Sequence record: NC_005066.1
DNA length: 64,000 nt
Reading direction: 5' to 3' (one strand)
From: Escherichia phage RB49
Each line of letters starts with the position of its first letter. The first letter of the stretch is position 1. This document shows, piece after piece, positions 19,497 to 29,882 of the stretch. A program made the translations under genes and the position numbers. The notes under the pieces were generated by a model. The model was not told where the DNA came from. It saw only the letters and a list, made by a program, of their open reading frames with translations, and did not search any database.

Positions 19497-20470
19497 TACA
19501 CGAACTCCAATTCAACCATTAATTGCATTAACAAAAAGACAATGTGAATCTCTTTATCAGCCGCGTGCGCAAACATCTGATTATTTTCACCGATAATCTC
19601 AGTGAGACGAATAATAGAAGCTGGCTTAACTTGAGTATACAACTCATTATAAAGTTTCTTGACAAATTGAGCGTATGTATTGGTATAGCGTGGCGCGAGT
19701 TTACGCACATTAGCAAACTGTTTAGTTTTAAGTGCTTCCACCACATCGGTTACTTCGGTATTGCTACTTTCGATAACCATGCTCAATACGCCAGCATCAA
19801 TTTTACCATGTTTAGCGTAGCGATCCAAAAGTTTCATTACGCGCCGGAAGTCTGGGAAGTTCTGTTTAACCAGTTCCGCTAATACGCGCATTTCTTCGAC
19901 TGGCACACCTTCTTTATCAAGAATTGCTTTACACCGGACGATCATTTCTTTCATCATGCGAAGCTGATCATCTTTAGTCGGAGATCCAAACGTGATGGGG
20001 TCAAATCGAGATCGTAACGCTGGGATAATACCTTCTAGATCGTTTGCTGTGATAATGAATGTCACGTTGTTTGAGTATGCCTCAGAGAAACTACGCAAGT
20101 GTCTTTGAGCATCAGCTAGCCCCGCTCGGTCATACTCATCGATAATAACAACTTTGCCTTTTTCTCGTTTTTCTTCATCGAGTGATACACTCTGTGCAAA
20201 GCGTGTAATCTCATCGCGGATAAAATCAATCTTACAATCTGCGCCGTTAACAAACAGATAATCAACACCCACATCTTCACAAAGCGCCTTAGCAACGGTT
20301 GTTTTACCAGTACCCGGCGATGGGCTATGCAGAATCATAGAAGGGATTCGGCCTTGCTTAACAATCTGCGCGAAGATCTTTTTATCTGCTTCCGGCAGAA
20401 TACATTCAGAAATTGATTTCGGACGGTATTTCTGTTCCCACTGAAACTCATTTTCATTAACACTCAGCAT
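19496..20470 (-). CDS. 44: clamp loader large subunit (AAA+)
   Basis: 324 aa from ATG 20468-20470; Walker A SPSPGTGKTT, Walker B VIIDEYD. Confidence 0.9.
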   Translation of the reverse strand: MLSVNENEFQWEQKYRPKSISECILPEADKKIFAQIVKQGRIPSMILHSPSPGTGKTTVAKALCEDVGVDYLFVNGADCKIDFIRDEITRFAQSVSLDEEKREKGKVVIIDEYDRAGLADAQRHLRSFSEAYSNNVTFIITANDLEGIIPALRSRFDPITFGSPTKDDQLRMMKEMIVRCKAILDKEGVPVEEMRVLAELVKQNFPDFRRVMKLLDRYAKHGKIDAGVLSMVIESSNTEVTDVVEALKTKQFANVRKLAPRYTNTYAQFVKKLYNELYTQVKPASIIRLTEIIGENNQMFAHAADKEIHIVFLLMQLMVELEFV

Positions 20471-20565
20471 ATAATCACCTCTCACAAATTACATCATTAA
20501 AACGGGGAGTATTTACACTCCCCACAAACATTATATTAGTCGGTGTAGCTGGAGTCAAGGTCACA
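20471..20565 (-). promoter_or_regulatory. promoter (TTGACT-N17-TATAAT) plus leader hairpin for 44-62 operon
   Basis: promoter overlaps gene 45 3' end; leader hairpin GGGGAGTG..ACTCCCC. Confidence 0.5.
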
Positions 20566-21222
20566 CGCGATCATATAAGATACGGTTTCACTTGCCAGCC
20601 ATACAGCCTTACGGCGAGTGAAGCTAAGTTTGTAATCGCCGAAGTCAGTAGCAACCAGTTTCATGTTATCTTTACGAATAAAGAAATGGAAGTCTGCTGT
20701 TCCTGTATATTCGCCCATATCAAGACAAAACATCTCATTAGGATTATTTTTGTCAATCTCTTCCCAACCTTTGATCATCAGACGACCATCAATCGGAAGA
20801 AATTCAAGGCGATCCACTTTAAGCTGATTGCTCATTTTCATAAGCTGTTTCAGATCGTCGTTGCTCAGTTCGTAATCTACATCGCTTGCAGGTGGAGTAA
20901 CTCGGCCTTTCGGTGATACGATAGCAGCAGCACTAGCACCAGGATAATTAATTTTCAGACGATCATTAGACACACGAATGTTACCAGTGCGGTTATCAAC
21001 CGTAATATCTGCTTCATCGCCTACCAGATTCAGAATACCCAAGAAAGAGTTAAGATCATAGATCCCAATTTCGTGTTCCAGTTCTTGATTCAGAGTCGCT
21101 TCACCATATACAACGTTTGTCATGTTTTTGGTGATCAGGACGTTTCCTTTTTTCAGGATGATACCTGGGTTAATAGCGGAAAAGTTTTTCAGGGTAGCAA
21201 TGGTTTCTTTAGTCAGTTTCAT
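20536..21222 (-). CDS. 45: sliding clamp
   Basis: 228 aa; MKLTKETIATLKNF... collinear with T4 gp45. Confidence 0.88.
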   Translation of the reverse strand: MKLTKETIATLKNFSAINPGIILKKGNVLITKNMTNVVYGEATLNQELEHEIGIYDLNSFLGILNLVGDEADITVDNRTGNIRVSNDRLKINYPGASAAAIVSPKGRVTPPASDVDYELSNDDLKQLMKMSNQLKVDRLEFLPIDGRLMIKGWEEIDKNNPNEMFCLDMGEYTGTADFHFFIRKDNMKLVATDFGDYKLSFTRRKAVWLASETVSYMIACDLDSSYTD

Positions 21223-21252
21223 CAAATCACCTTTATCATGTTAATCAATTAA

Positions 21253-21651
21253 TTACGGGTTTACTTCGTGCTCATTTTGAATCTTTAGCATTCTTTCGAT
21301 AAATTTTTTCTCGGCTTCCTTGTCGGATGAGTGAGTATACTTCAATCCAATGTAAGCTGTCAAGTATTGTTGCAGAGCATAGACAGTAACAGGATTCTTT
21401 GCGGTCTTTTTGCCGTCGAGATATACCAGATCACCACGAACATCAAACGCAAGTTTACGACGAATCACATCATCAACAAATTTATCTAGGACAAAATACC
21501 ACTCAATACACTCTATCCCGTGACGGTAGTTCATTACATCATTATCTTTGATATAGTCAAACGGAATATGACATAATTTACTATTTTGTAGGATGAATAG
21601 CATTTGTTCTTTTAAGCTCATACGTTTCATTCTATCACTTCCCATCAGCAA
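21253..21651 (-). CDS. hypothetical protein (position of T4 rpbA)
   Basis: 132 aa immediately upstream of 45; start uncertain. Confidence 0.45.
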   Translation of the reverse strand: MLMGSDRMKRMSLKEQMLFILQNSKLCHIPFDYIKDNDVMNYRHGIECIEWYFVLDKFVDDVIRRKLAFDVRGDLVYLDGKKTAKNPVTVYALQQYLTAYIGLKYTHSSDKEAEKKFIERMLKIQNEHEVNP

Positions 21652-22027
21652 TTGCGATCAGACGAGTTACTACTACGCTAGCGGCTTCAATCAGCAGTTC
21701 ATCAGTGTCAATCTGATAACCTTTTTCGAGAATATCTTTACCTCGAATAGTTTTAGCTCCTTTAGCAATTGAATCATCGTAATACTTGCGCATTGCCGCG
21801 ATCCATTCTTTTTGCACCATATCATCAATATGCGCGTACAGTTCAAAGCGTGCTTGCTGCGGGATAACCTTCATTTTAGCTTTCTCGCTTTCCGGCATTT
21901 GTAGTACCCACGCTTTACGGATCTTGTTCATTGCTCGGTCAAATTCGAGACTGGTTTTCTTGTTCTGAATGTCTGCTACAGTAATTTTAGCCAGGTTTGC
22001 GGAAGTAGTCATAATATTAATCTCCAA
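21635..22027 (-). CDS. hypothetical protein
   Basis: 130 aa ORF between 46 and 45. Confidence 0.45.
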   Translation of the reverse strand: MEINIMTTSANLAKITVADIQNKKTSLEFDRAMNKIRKAWVLQMPESEKAKMKVIPQQARFELYAHIDDMVQKEWIAAMRKYYDDSIAKGAKTIRGKDILEKGYQIDTDELLIEAASVVVTRLIAIADGK

Positions 22028-22042
22028 AATAAAATCAGTATA

Positions 22043-22273
22043 TCACGTTCTAAAGTTTGTTGCAACCCCAGCATCAGGGTAATCAAGTTTATCAAAGTTG
22101 GGGACCAGCATAAACTCATGATGACGACAAGACAACATTTTTGTTATGTCTTCATCGCTGTATATGCTGTTTTTCATATCCCCCATACTAACTACATATT
22201 CTTCACCGGAATATAGATTGATTAAGGTATACAATTCTAACTCCGGCTGCGTTACTCTGTCAAATGTTAACAT
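22043..22273 (-). CDS. hypothetical protein
   Basis: 76 aa ORF between 46 and 45. Confidence 0.4.
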   Translation of the reverse strand: MLTFDRVTQPELELYTLINLYSGEEYVVSMGDMKNSIYSDEDITKMLSCRHHEFMLVPNFDKLDYPDAGVATNFRT

Positions 22274-23942
22274 TCATTTCAGTGAATCGCCCACGTTTAA
22301 CCATCTTGAGATGACGGCTAAAATCATCAGGGTTATGGTCACGATGGCTGATAATATACACGTTATCATCTAACTTGTCAATGATGGAATCAAGTGCTTT
22401 TACGCCCTGAACGTCCGTAGCCCCATCATAAATTTCGTCGAGTACCAACAAAGAAATATTAGTACCAGATACTTTACCAGCAACATCACGCCATGTAAAG
22501 AGCATCGCAAGGTCAATACGTGCTTTTTCGCCTTGACTGAATGATGTATACGAAAACGATTCACGCCCCCGTGATTTGATTGTTTCGTTAAACTCTTCAT
22601 CTAACGTAAAGATATAATCCGCTTCCATGATATCAAGATAATACGCAATCCGATCATTGAAATATGGAATATATTTCTTGACGATAGACGCCTTAACACC
22701 GGAATCCTTCAACATTTCTGTTACAAATCCACGGTGATATTTTTCAAGAACTAGCTTTGATTTTTCATTAGTAATCTCTACCAGTTCGTGTTCCAGTTTA
22801 GCAAGTTCTTCGGAATTGTCAACTCTTTCTTTTTGTAATTCCTGAATTGCTTTCTGGATCTGTTTAGCCCGACCTACAGATGCCGTTAAATTTGCTCTCT
22901 GTGACTCTATAGCGCGTTTAATTTCCAAGACCTTAGTTTGTGCTGTCTGGAAAGAATTGGCTTTCTCTGCGTATTCTACGCGTTTCTCGTCAATAAGAGA
23001 CAGTTTATGTTCGGCTTGTGCTTTTTGTTCGCGTACAGCCTGATCATTACCCTGAATGATCGGTTGTGTGCACGTAGGACAGATCCCGCCTTTCTCGTGC
23101 ATATGGATAACACGATCAAAGTTCTGGATCTGTGCACCAATCTGTGCGATAGCCGTATTGATTTTAGCCAATGCCGCGCTAGGATCTTCCGGCATAACAA
23201 CAGCCAATAGCTCATCGGTCAAGCGCGTTTCTTCGGCTTTAAATGCTTTAGCCGATTCTACCTCTTTATCATACATATTCTGTAAACGCTGGAGATTCTC
23301 GGCACTCGCCTTGCTAGCGTCTTCTATGTACTTTTTATGAGTGTTGATTTGTTGCTGAACGTGATTAGCTTTCATTTCCTGCATTTGGATATTCTGGGTA
23401 ATCTCGCGCACATACGCTTTATTCAGTTTATCCATTTCGCCTAGCGTAGCAATATCAAGCAAATCCTCAACCAGTTTACGGCGACCCGCTGCCGGAAGAC
23501 TCATAAACGGAACATAACCAGCAGTGCCTAAAACAACGATCTGTTTAAAGCTGGCTAGGTTCATGCCTATGATACCTTCAAAATATTCCTGAAAGTCTTT
23601 GGTGCTTGCGCTCTCGTCGATCTTTTGACCGTCGCGATGCACTTCGAATACTTCCGGTTTTTGACCACGTTTGATATAAAACTCTTTCCCGTCCAGTTCA
23701 AACCAGACTTCGACTAACAGTTTCTTTTTGTTGACGCTGTTAATCAATTGGCCTTTCTTGATACTACGAAACGGTTTACCGAACAACACAAAGCAAAGCG
23801 CCTCGATCATGGTCGATTTACCAGCACCGTTAACACCAGTGATTAGTGTCTTTTTGAATCCGTCTAGCTGAATCTCAACAGGTTCAGCACCCACGCTCAT
23901 TATATTTTGATAGCGCAAGGTTTTAAAATTTAACTTTGCCAT
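22260..23942 (-). CDS. 46: recombination nuclease ATPase subunit (Rad50/SbcC-like)
   Basis: 560 aa from ATG 23940-23942 (MAKLNF...); Walker A GVNGAGKST, long coiled coil with CPTC zinc hook, Walker B LLVLDE. Confidence 0.88.
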   Translation of the reverse strand: MAKLNFKTLRYQNIMSVGAEPVEIQLDGFKKTLITGVNGAGKSTMIEALCFVLFGKPFRSIKKGQLINSVNKKKLLVEVWFELDGKEFYIKRGQKPEVFEVHRDGQKIDESASTKDFQEYFEGIIGMNLASFKQIVVLGTAGYVPFMSLPAAGRRKLVEDLLDIATLGEMDKLNKAYVREITQNIQMQEMKANHVQQQINTHKKYIEDASKASAENLQRLQNMYDKEVESAKAFKAEETRLTDELLAVVMPEDPSAALAKINTAIAQIGAQIQNFDRVIHMHEKGGICPTCTQPIIQGNDQAVREQKAQAEHKLSLIDEKRVEYAEKANSFQTAQTKVLEIKRAIESQRANLTASVGRAKQIQKAIQELQKERVDNSEELAKLEHELVEITNEKSKLVLEKYHRGFVTEMLKDSGVKASIVKKYIPYFNDRIAYYLDIMEADYIFTLDEEFNETIKSRGRESFSYTSFSQGEKARIDLAMLFTWRDVAGKVSGTNISLLVLDEIYDGATDVQGVKALDSIIDKLDDNVYIISHRDHNPDDFSRHLKMVKRGRFTEMNVNI

Positions 23943-24186
23943 TAATCCACTCCGCAATCACACATTCCATAATATTAAATGCTAACACATCTTCATCAAT
24001 GTTGTAAACACTTGCCGCCTTCACTTTAACTAGTGTGTCTCTGCGATCTGGCAACATGATCACATAATCCAGTGTCGCCGGGTCATATGTCATAAAGGGA
24101 TCAACGTAAATCCCTTTATTCAATGCCAGATATTCGCGAAGACCTTCTATAACCCTGTGTCTAAGGTAGGTCATCGATAGAATCAT
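23923..24186 (-). CDS. hypothetical protein
   Basis: 87 aa ORF between 47 and 46. Confidence 0.45.
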   Translation of the reverse strand: MILSMTYLRHRVIEGLREYLALNKGIYVDPFMTYDPATLDYVIMLPDRRDTLVKVKAASVYNIDEDVLAFNIMECVIAEWINGKVKF

Positions 24187-24767
24187 TTTAGTTTATGTTC
24201 CTCTAAAAATTCTTCAATTTCACCTTGCAGGTCTTCCGCTTGTTGTTCCAGAATATCGCGAAATTCACCTACAGTCAAGCGGTAATCACACTTCACCAGT
24301 CGATGTGGGAGAATATACCCTTTATACATCGTCTCTGACGCTTCCAGGAATACCCCACTATGCATGACAGAGATCCAACCTGTTAGCGTCAATGGAGTAT
24401 TCGGAAAATAATATTTGCTGGATTGTTTCCACTGGACGAAAGCACCATATACAATCGGATTATATTCACCAACCACACTCTTAATAATGGATTCTACTTT
24501 GTCTTTTACAAAGTCGCCAATGTCCATAGTTATCATCAACTCTTTTGGATTAATGATTTTAAGGTAACGACGGTAGCCGTCATCATACCACATCTTAACA
24601 ACTGACCGATCAATATTCGCTTTCAGATAGCCATAGATCGGATTCTTGTAATATGATTGTTTTAGTGTGTATGTGTGCACCAATTTAATAAAATGTTCCA
24701 TTACCAACAAATCAGAATCAGCCGCGACCATAGTCGTATTCATAATATGTTCCTCGTTCAATCTCAT
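24183..24767 (-). CDS. hypothetical protein
   Basis: 194 aa ORF between 47 and 46; start uncertain. Confidence 0.45.
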   Translation of the reverse strand: MRLNEEHIMNTTMVAADSDLLVMEHFIKLVHTYTLKQSYYKNPIYGYLKANIDRSVVKMWYDDGYRRYLKIINPKELMITMDIGDFVKDKVESIIKSVVGEYNPIVYGAFVQWKQSSKYYFPNTPLTLTGWISVMHSGVFLEASETMYKGYILPHRLVKCDYRLTVGEFRDILEQQAEDLQGEIEEFLEEHKLK

Positions 24768-25035
24768 ATTGTTTCAGGTCTTCTAAAAGTTCATCCACTG
24801 CTTGTTTCAGCACATGACGCAGCGTAAAGTAATAGCTTTCATCAAATTCTATTTCCGCGCGAGGAATAGAGCGAAACTTACACTTAACGGTAGTATCAGT
24901 GAGTCGCTTTTCGACCATCATCCGAACTTCTTCATTCTCTTTGGAATACCATACATCAACGGAGATCCCCTTACGTCGAGCAAACATAGGCAATGCCGCA
25001 TTAAATTCCATTACCTTTTGTGCAATTGTTTTCAT
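24718..25035 (-). CDS. hypothetical protein
   Basis: 105 aa ORF between 47 and 46. Confidence 0.45.
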   Translation of the reverse strand: MKTIAQKVMEFNAALPMFARRKGISVDVWYSKENEEVRMMVEKRLTDTTVKCKFRSIPRAEIEFDESYYFTLRHVLKQAVDELLEDLKQYEIERGTYYEYDYGRG

Positions 25036-25295
25036 CGTACAGACCCCATAGATCCACGCGCAATAACATTCTGGGTAATATCAGCAACCTTATGGGATAC
25101 GATGTTTGTTAGCCCCTCTTTGGTGATATTTTCACGATCAAATGGGATTTCGTCATGAGTCCACAAACCATAGTTAGACCGAAATGATAGCATATACTGA
25201 CCATCTCGCACAACCTCAAATACATGGATCTTAGTGAATTTCGACAAACCTTCGTTGATTTCTTTCAGTGCATTAGTAATCATAACAACCTCCAA
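25032..25295 (-). CDS. hypothetical protein
   Basis: 87 aa ORF between 47 and 46. Confidence 0.45.
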   Translation of the reverse strand: MEVVMITNALKEINEGLSKFTKIHVFEVVRDGQYMLSFRSNYGLWTHDEIPFDRENITKEGLTNIVSHKVADITQNVIARGSMGSVR

Positions 25296-25338
25296 TCAAT
25301 TTTTTAGAGAGTATAACGGGGATTTCTCCCCGCGTCAA

Positions 25339-26364
25339 CTAACTTTTTGCGCTATTTACTTCGGCTAAAAGTTCATCAGAAATACGCTTAACTGCCGCAA
25401 GTTCTTCCGGTTCTAGGTTTTGTTCTTCCAGATATTCATAGACCATCTGAATGGTGCTTTTAACTTCAATAACACCTGTTTCCTGTGATGCGCTACTCTC
25501 CAGCTTATGGACCACTTTTAGCTTGTGCACAACGGCCTCTAACGCGCTTTCTAACTTAGTTAACCCATTATCAGCGACCGTTGTGATAAGACGCACACTA
25601 AGCCCCTTAAAGCGTTCTACGTCGATTTTATCATCTGACGGGTAAGTGATACGCACATGATAAGTTTTATCATTCTGGATAAACTCTTTTTTGTGTGTAT
25701 CGGTATCGAATACCCAAAAACCACGCGGATCGTTTTCGTCACCCGCCGTTAGTGTGTATGGTGTACCGATATACGTTACGTTACCGCCATCACTGATAGT
25801 ATGAAAGTGACCGGAAAACACTTCACGGTATTTCTTGAGGAAGTCCGCGCTATAACCTTCGGATTTTAGCCCTTTATAGAAATAGTAGCCAGACAATTCC
25901 CAATGGCCTACACAATATTCACTGAATGAGTTTTGAATAAACTCTAAAATCTCTGATTTATTGTCATCACAAAACCACGGGAACAGATCAAATGATACAC
26001 CATCAAAGGTAACTGTTTCCGGTTTATCAATGACCTTAATGCAATCATATTGGCTTAACACTTCACGCGGTGCGTTAGGCTGGATCTTGTTTCGTTTAAA
26101 CATATCATGATTTCCGACCGTGATATAACAAGTAATACCAGCCTCTTCCAGTAACGGGATAATTTTCGTTCTATTAAAACGCATAGTTGCATGTGTGATT
26201 GCTTTTCGGCAATCAAACCAGTCCCCTGTCTGAATCCATGCCTTAATATTATGTTTTTTTGAATAATCGACTGCCTTTTTAATAGTATCAAGAATATACT
26301 CATGTATCCACGGATCATCGTTGCCGATACCAGTATGCAGATCACCTAAAAGCAAAATTTTCAT
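25339..26364 (-). CDS. 47: recombination nuclease subunit (Mre11/SbcD-like phosphoesterase)
   Basis: 341 aa from ATG 26362-26364; motifs GDLH, GDWFD, GNHD, GHWE, GHFH. Confidence 0.88.
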   Translation of the reverse strand: MKILLLGDLHTGIGNDDPWIHEYILDTIKKAVDYSKKHNIKAWIQTGDWFDCRKAITHATMRFNRTKIIPLLEEAGITCYITVGNHDMFKRNKIQPNAPREVLSQYDCIKVIDKPETVTFDGVSFDLFPWFCDDNKSEILEFIQNSFSEYCVGHWELSGYYFYKGLKSEGYSADFLKKYREVFSGHFHTISDGGNVTYIGTPYTLTAGDENDPRGFWVFDTDTHKKEFIQNDKTYHVRITYPSDDKIDVERFKGLSVRLITTVADNGLTKLESALEAVVHKLKVVHKLESSASQETGVIEVKSTIQMVYEYLEEQNLEPEELAAVKRISDELLAEVNSAKS

Positions 26365-26379
26365 ATTATACATAATCTC

Positions 26380-26934
26380 CTAAAAATTTTTAACACCATA
26401 TTCACCAAAATAAAGATCAACCGCTTTGTCATAAGCTCTAGCCGCATCTTCTTCGTTGACATAATACCCAAGAGATATTAGTTTATCATTATTTCGTATT
26501 CTTGCAACCCATTTCTTCGTATGTTTATGCCAGCTAACTCCTTTATACTTGCTTGCTTTATTCTTGTACTTTCCAACGTTACAAGCATTTTTCTTTGCGT
26601 CGGACTCTCTAAGATTGCGCGGTGCGTTGTTTAAAGGATTTCGGTCTATATGATCTATAATTTCTGGTTGTGTTCCATGCTCAAGAAACCATACAACACG
26701 ATGTACATATGGCTTTAAAACCCTCCCATTATCCATAACGATTGCAATTTGGAGATGATCCTGACTTTTAAAAGTTTTTACTTTATCTCCTGCCTTATAA
26801 AACTTTCCTTCGTAATTCTTTCCTCCGGCTCGGCTATTCTTTAAATGATAAAGAATACCCTCATCGTCATGTCTATATCTTTCTCTTATAATTCGTTGCG
26901 TTTCTTCATCCCACAATTTGGAACGTCTACTCAT
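26380..26934 (-). CDS. HNH homing endonuclease with AP2 DNA-binding domain
   Basis: 184 aa; HNH core VHRVVW...HIDRNPLNN...NLR; AP2-like YKGVSWHKHTKKWVARI...LGYYVNEEDAARAYD. Confidence 0.75.
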   Translation of the reverse strand: MSRRSKLWDEETQRIIRERYRHDDEGILYHLKNSRAGGKNYEGKFYKAGDKVKTFKSQDHLQIAIVMDNGRVLKPYVHRVVWFLEHGTQPEIIDHIDRNPLNNAPRNLRESDAKKNACNVGKYKNKASKYKGVSWHKHTKKWVARIRNNDKLISLGYYVNEEDAARAYDKAVDLYFGEYGVKNF

Positions 26935-27024
26935 AGTCTCTTCCTCTCTTCGTTTTCGATGCTCTCACTATATCACAGAAAAATAAAAAGGGAAACCCCT
27001 TTCAGAGTCTCCCTTATAAAGCCA

Positions 27025-27312
27025 TTACAGCATACTTAATACAGTTTGCCGTGTACTAATCCACATAGCAGAAAGCAGTTCTGGCGTGTGTGGCTGTTTG
27101 TAGATATCACGTAACTTTCCGATAGCGTAGATATACGCATCACGGTTATCATCGATGATAGCTTGTTCAGCCCACCGCTTAAGGCGTGCAATCTCTCGCG
27201 AGTTCTTACGCAAGATCTTTTCCGCTTTCTTAGCGGCTTTAGCCTCTAGTTCTGCTTGTACTTTGTCTACTTCATTCACTGCAATCTGGTCATGCTGTTC
27301 ATCGTAAGTCAT
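27025..27312 (-). CDS. hypothetical protein
   Basis: 95 aa ORF between HNH gene and 55. Confidence 0.45.
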   Translation of the reverse strand: MTYDEQHDQIAVNEVDKVQAELEAKAAKKAEKILRKNSREIARLKRWAEQAIIDDNRDAYIYAIGKLRDIYKQPHTPELLSAMWISTRQTVLSML

Positions 27313-27313
27313 G

Positions 27314-27547
27314 TTATTTTACCTCTGGGATATAATCAATTATTAAAGAAAATTCATCTTCTGATACATTATAGCTATGTGAGATTGTACCCGTAAAGAC
27401 CTCAAGATCCGGTGATTTGATATTGCACGGATCGATAATCACCGGAACGCCGCAATCTCTCAAAAATAATTTGGCGAAATACGGCACGAGGTCAGTTTCA
27501 AACTCTGCTTCTTCCAGCAAACGGGAAATGTTAATTTTCAATCTCAT
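27314..27547 (-). CDS. hypothetical protein
   Basis: 77 aa ORF adjacent to 55. Confidence 0.45.
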   Translation of the reverse strand: MRLKINISRLLEEAEFETDLVPYFAKLFLRDCGVPVIIDPCNIKSPDLEVFTGTISHSYNVSEDEFSLIIDYIPEVK

Positions 27548-28064
27548 AAAATTGGTCCAAGCTAGGCAATTCCTCGGTCAATACATCTTCAACCTTTGGC
27601 GCTTTCGGTTTATTGACCGATTCCTCGTAGTTGTTGATTTTATCGTAAATGTCCTGTATGAATGCCTCATCAGCAATCTGGCACATATCAGCGTCGCGTT
27701 CGTCATATACATGATGCACAAAATATTTGTATTTTGCGGCTGTCGCTGTTCTCTCTTTTTTAATGCGCTGTACAAAAGCATTAAAGCACGCTTGCGTGAT
27801 GTAAGCATGAGGATTTTTATACTTTGTCTCGTCAAAATTAATCAAACCCTTGACCGCCGCTTCGATTCCGTCGTCGATCATTTCTTCGCGCCATGTTTGA
27901 CTATAACCAGAAAAGTTAAAACGACGTGATAGATTTTTAGAGATTTGCATAATTGCTAGGCCGATTTGATCGCTCATTGGAACTTGCCGACCTTGTGCTG
28001 CAATTTGTTGTTTCCAACGGCAAATTTCTTCGTAAAGCTCTTTATTGTTTACATAATCAGACAC
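27531..28064 (-). CDS. 55: late-transcription sigma factor
   Basis: 177 aa; SRRFNFSGY...[30 protein letters not shown] collinear with T4 gp55. Confidence 0.88.
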   Translation of the reverse strand: MSDYVNNKELYEEICRWKQQIAAQGRQVPMSDQIGLAIMQISKNLSRRFNFSGYSQTWREEMIDDGIEAAVKGLINFDETKYKNPHAYITQACFNAFVQRIKKERTATAAKYKYFVHHVYDERDADMCQIADEAFIQDIYDKINNYEESVNKPKAPKVEDVLTEELPSLDQFYEIEN

Positions 28065-28104
28065 TTCGCACCCTCGCTATTATTTAGGAAATAACCCTTT
28101 CGGG

Positions 28105-29574
28105 CTATTCCCCATTACCATTATACTTTCTTTGCTTAGTTATCCACACTCTAACCATCTCTACAGATTCACCGTCAGACGGATCAAGAGTTTTTCCTTT
28201 TTTCTTCATGCGGTACTTAAATCCGTTAAATCTTGCATTCTCTTGCTCGTTAAAGTCGAACATCTTTTTAAATGATTTTCGCCCTTTACGCTCACCGCAT
28301 TCTAGCGGAATCATTCGGTCTGTTATTACATTGGCATTAGGTAGAAACGTTTTTAGATAATCTACCAACGCCCAATCAGGAACATATAGATTAACATTCT
28401 CCTTGCTCTCGTTGTCTCTCAGGTTACAACGCAAACATAATTGAAATGCTGGTTCCAGATAATCAGACACATGACGCGCTTTCAAAAACTCGTTTGTCGG
28501 GAGATCACAACTATTAGCAAGACCTTTTAAAATATCAATCTCCCATCGTTGAGGGTTAAAGCTGAACATCACAGCAACATTTTTATGATGAATGTAAGAG
28601 TTAAGACCATAAGATCCGTAAGGTATCCGCTCACCAATACCATTTGTACACGCTTCACGGTCCCGATTCACGGTATAAATGAAGTCATCACCACATTCAT
28701 TTTTAACCATATCAACAAGACGTTCAAAGGTATTGTTTGTTTCTGACTGGTGACGCGACCATCGTTCGGAGTCCGTCATAAGGATGATGTTAACTCTATC
28801 TGTATTTTTATACTCTTTGAAATATAGTCTGGATTCTAGCGCACTCGGAACAAAATCGCAATTTGCATAGTATCGTAGATACTTCCCACTATATGTATCA
28901 AAGAGATTTGCACATGCTATCGTAACCTTTTTAAAGTCTCCCCACGTACCGTGTTTGTTATCGTTCAAGAAAACAATTTTCGACCCATTCTTCCGGTGTC
29001 CTTCGTTATGTTTTACCATAACGTTGATTTTCTTCTCTAATAACGCCTCATAAAGCCCTCTAAGAGAAGAATCGATCATATCAGTACCATCCTTTGCACT
29101 TTCTATCTTTTCTTTGATAGCGGCCTTCTCAGAGTCTTTTAGAACTAAGTTCTGTAGGCATTCCGATTCGTCGGCGATTGGTTCGCAATGCTTCGTGATA
29201 AGTTCAAGATTAGACTTAAACGGATACTCATTAAATTCAACCAGTTGAGGAACTTCATCAATGTAAAGAGCATATTCACCAAACATTTTTGAACGTTCCA
29301 TATTAGATAACGCTGTATGTGTAATGAATATCACATCAGCACCGTCTTTAACTGATTGCATTATCGACGCTTGCACTGTCTTAAGGCTTCTTAGTCTGGT
29401 GCTATCAATCAAGACAGCACGACCGCCCATTCTTTTAAACTTATTGTAAGATTGTTCACTTAAAACACGAGATGGCGAAGCAATAACCGCTTTTTCTTTT
29501 GTCTCTAGGACGTGGGAAAGTATAGCATCAGTTTTCCCCGCCGCTGGCAATGCGATTAATGTTTCAATCTTCAT
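28105..29574 (-). CDS. uncharacterised P-loop NTPase (helicase-like N-terminal domain, novel C-terminal domain)
   Basis: 489 aa; Walker A ALPAAGKT at residues 8-15, Walker B ALYIDEV; no T4 counterpart at this position. Confidence 0.6.
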   Translation of the reverse strand: MKIETLIALPAAGKTDAILSHVLETKEKAVIASPSRVLSEQSYNKFKRMGGRAVLIDSTRLRSLKTVQASIMQSVKDGADVIFITHTALSNMERSKMFGEYALYIDEVPQLVEFNEYPFKSNLELITKHCEPIADESECLQNLVLKDSEKAAIKEKIESAKDGTDMIDSSLRGLYEALLEKKINVMVKHNEGHRKNGSKIVFLNDNKHGTWGDFKKVTIACANLFDTYSGKYLRYYANCDFVPSALESRLYFKEYKNTDRVNIILMTDSERWSRHQSETNNTFERLVDMVKNECGDDFIYTVNRDREACTNGIGERIPYGSYGLNSYIHHKNVAVMFSFNPQRWEIDILKGLANSCDLPTNEFLKARHVSDYLEPAFQLCLRCNLRDNESKENVNLYVPDWALVDYLKTFLPNANVITDRMIPLECGERKGRKSFKKMFDFNEQENARFNGFKYRMKKKGKTLDPSDGESVEMVRVWITKQRKYNGNGE

Positions 29575-29860
29575 TAGAAACCCTTACGTCGTGCTTTCTG
29601 GCATTTCTTGATCATTTTATCAGAAATTTCGCGCTTAGGTGCAATCTCTTTCACACCGAAAGCACTAATGCCAAATTCAGAGAGAATATATTCAACTAAC
29701 AATTCACGCACACGCGCTTTACCGATATTCACGCCGTTATTTTTCAGATATGTCTGGCCTTCGACTTGCATCAGATCTAAATCTGCGTCGGTAATAATGA
29801 TTTCTTCCATGCGCCCAAATCGAGAATAAACCATGTGTGCGATTGCATTGTGTACTAACA
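29574..29860 (-). CDS. hypothetical protein, translationally coupled to the P-loop NTPase
   Basis: 95 aa from ATG 29858-29860 with GAGGAA SD; stop overlaps downstream start. Confidence 0.45.
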
Positions 29861-29882
29861 TAATATATTCCTCACTCAAGAA

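Noticed and set aside
21253-21651. Confident rpbA and srd (8100-8855) assignments
   Set aside because: I could not recall diagnostic sequence features for these proteins, so both are reported only as hypothetical proteins at the corresponding T4 positions.
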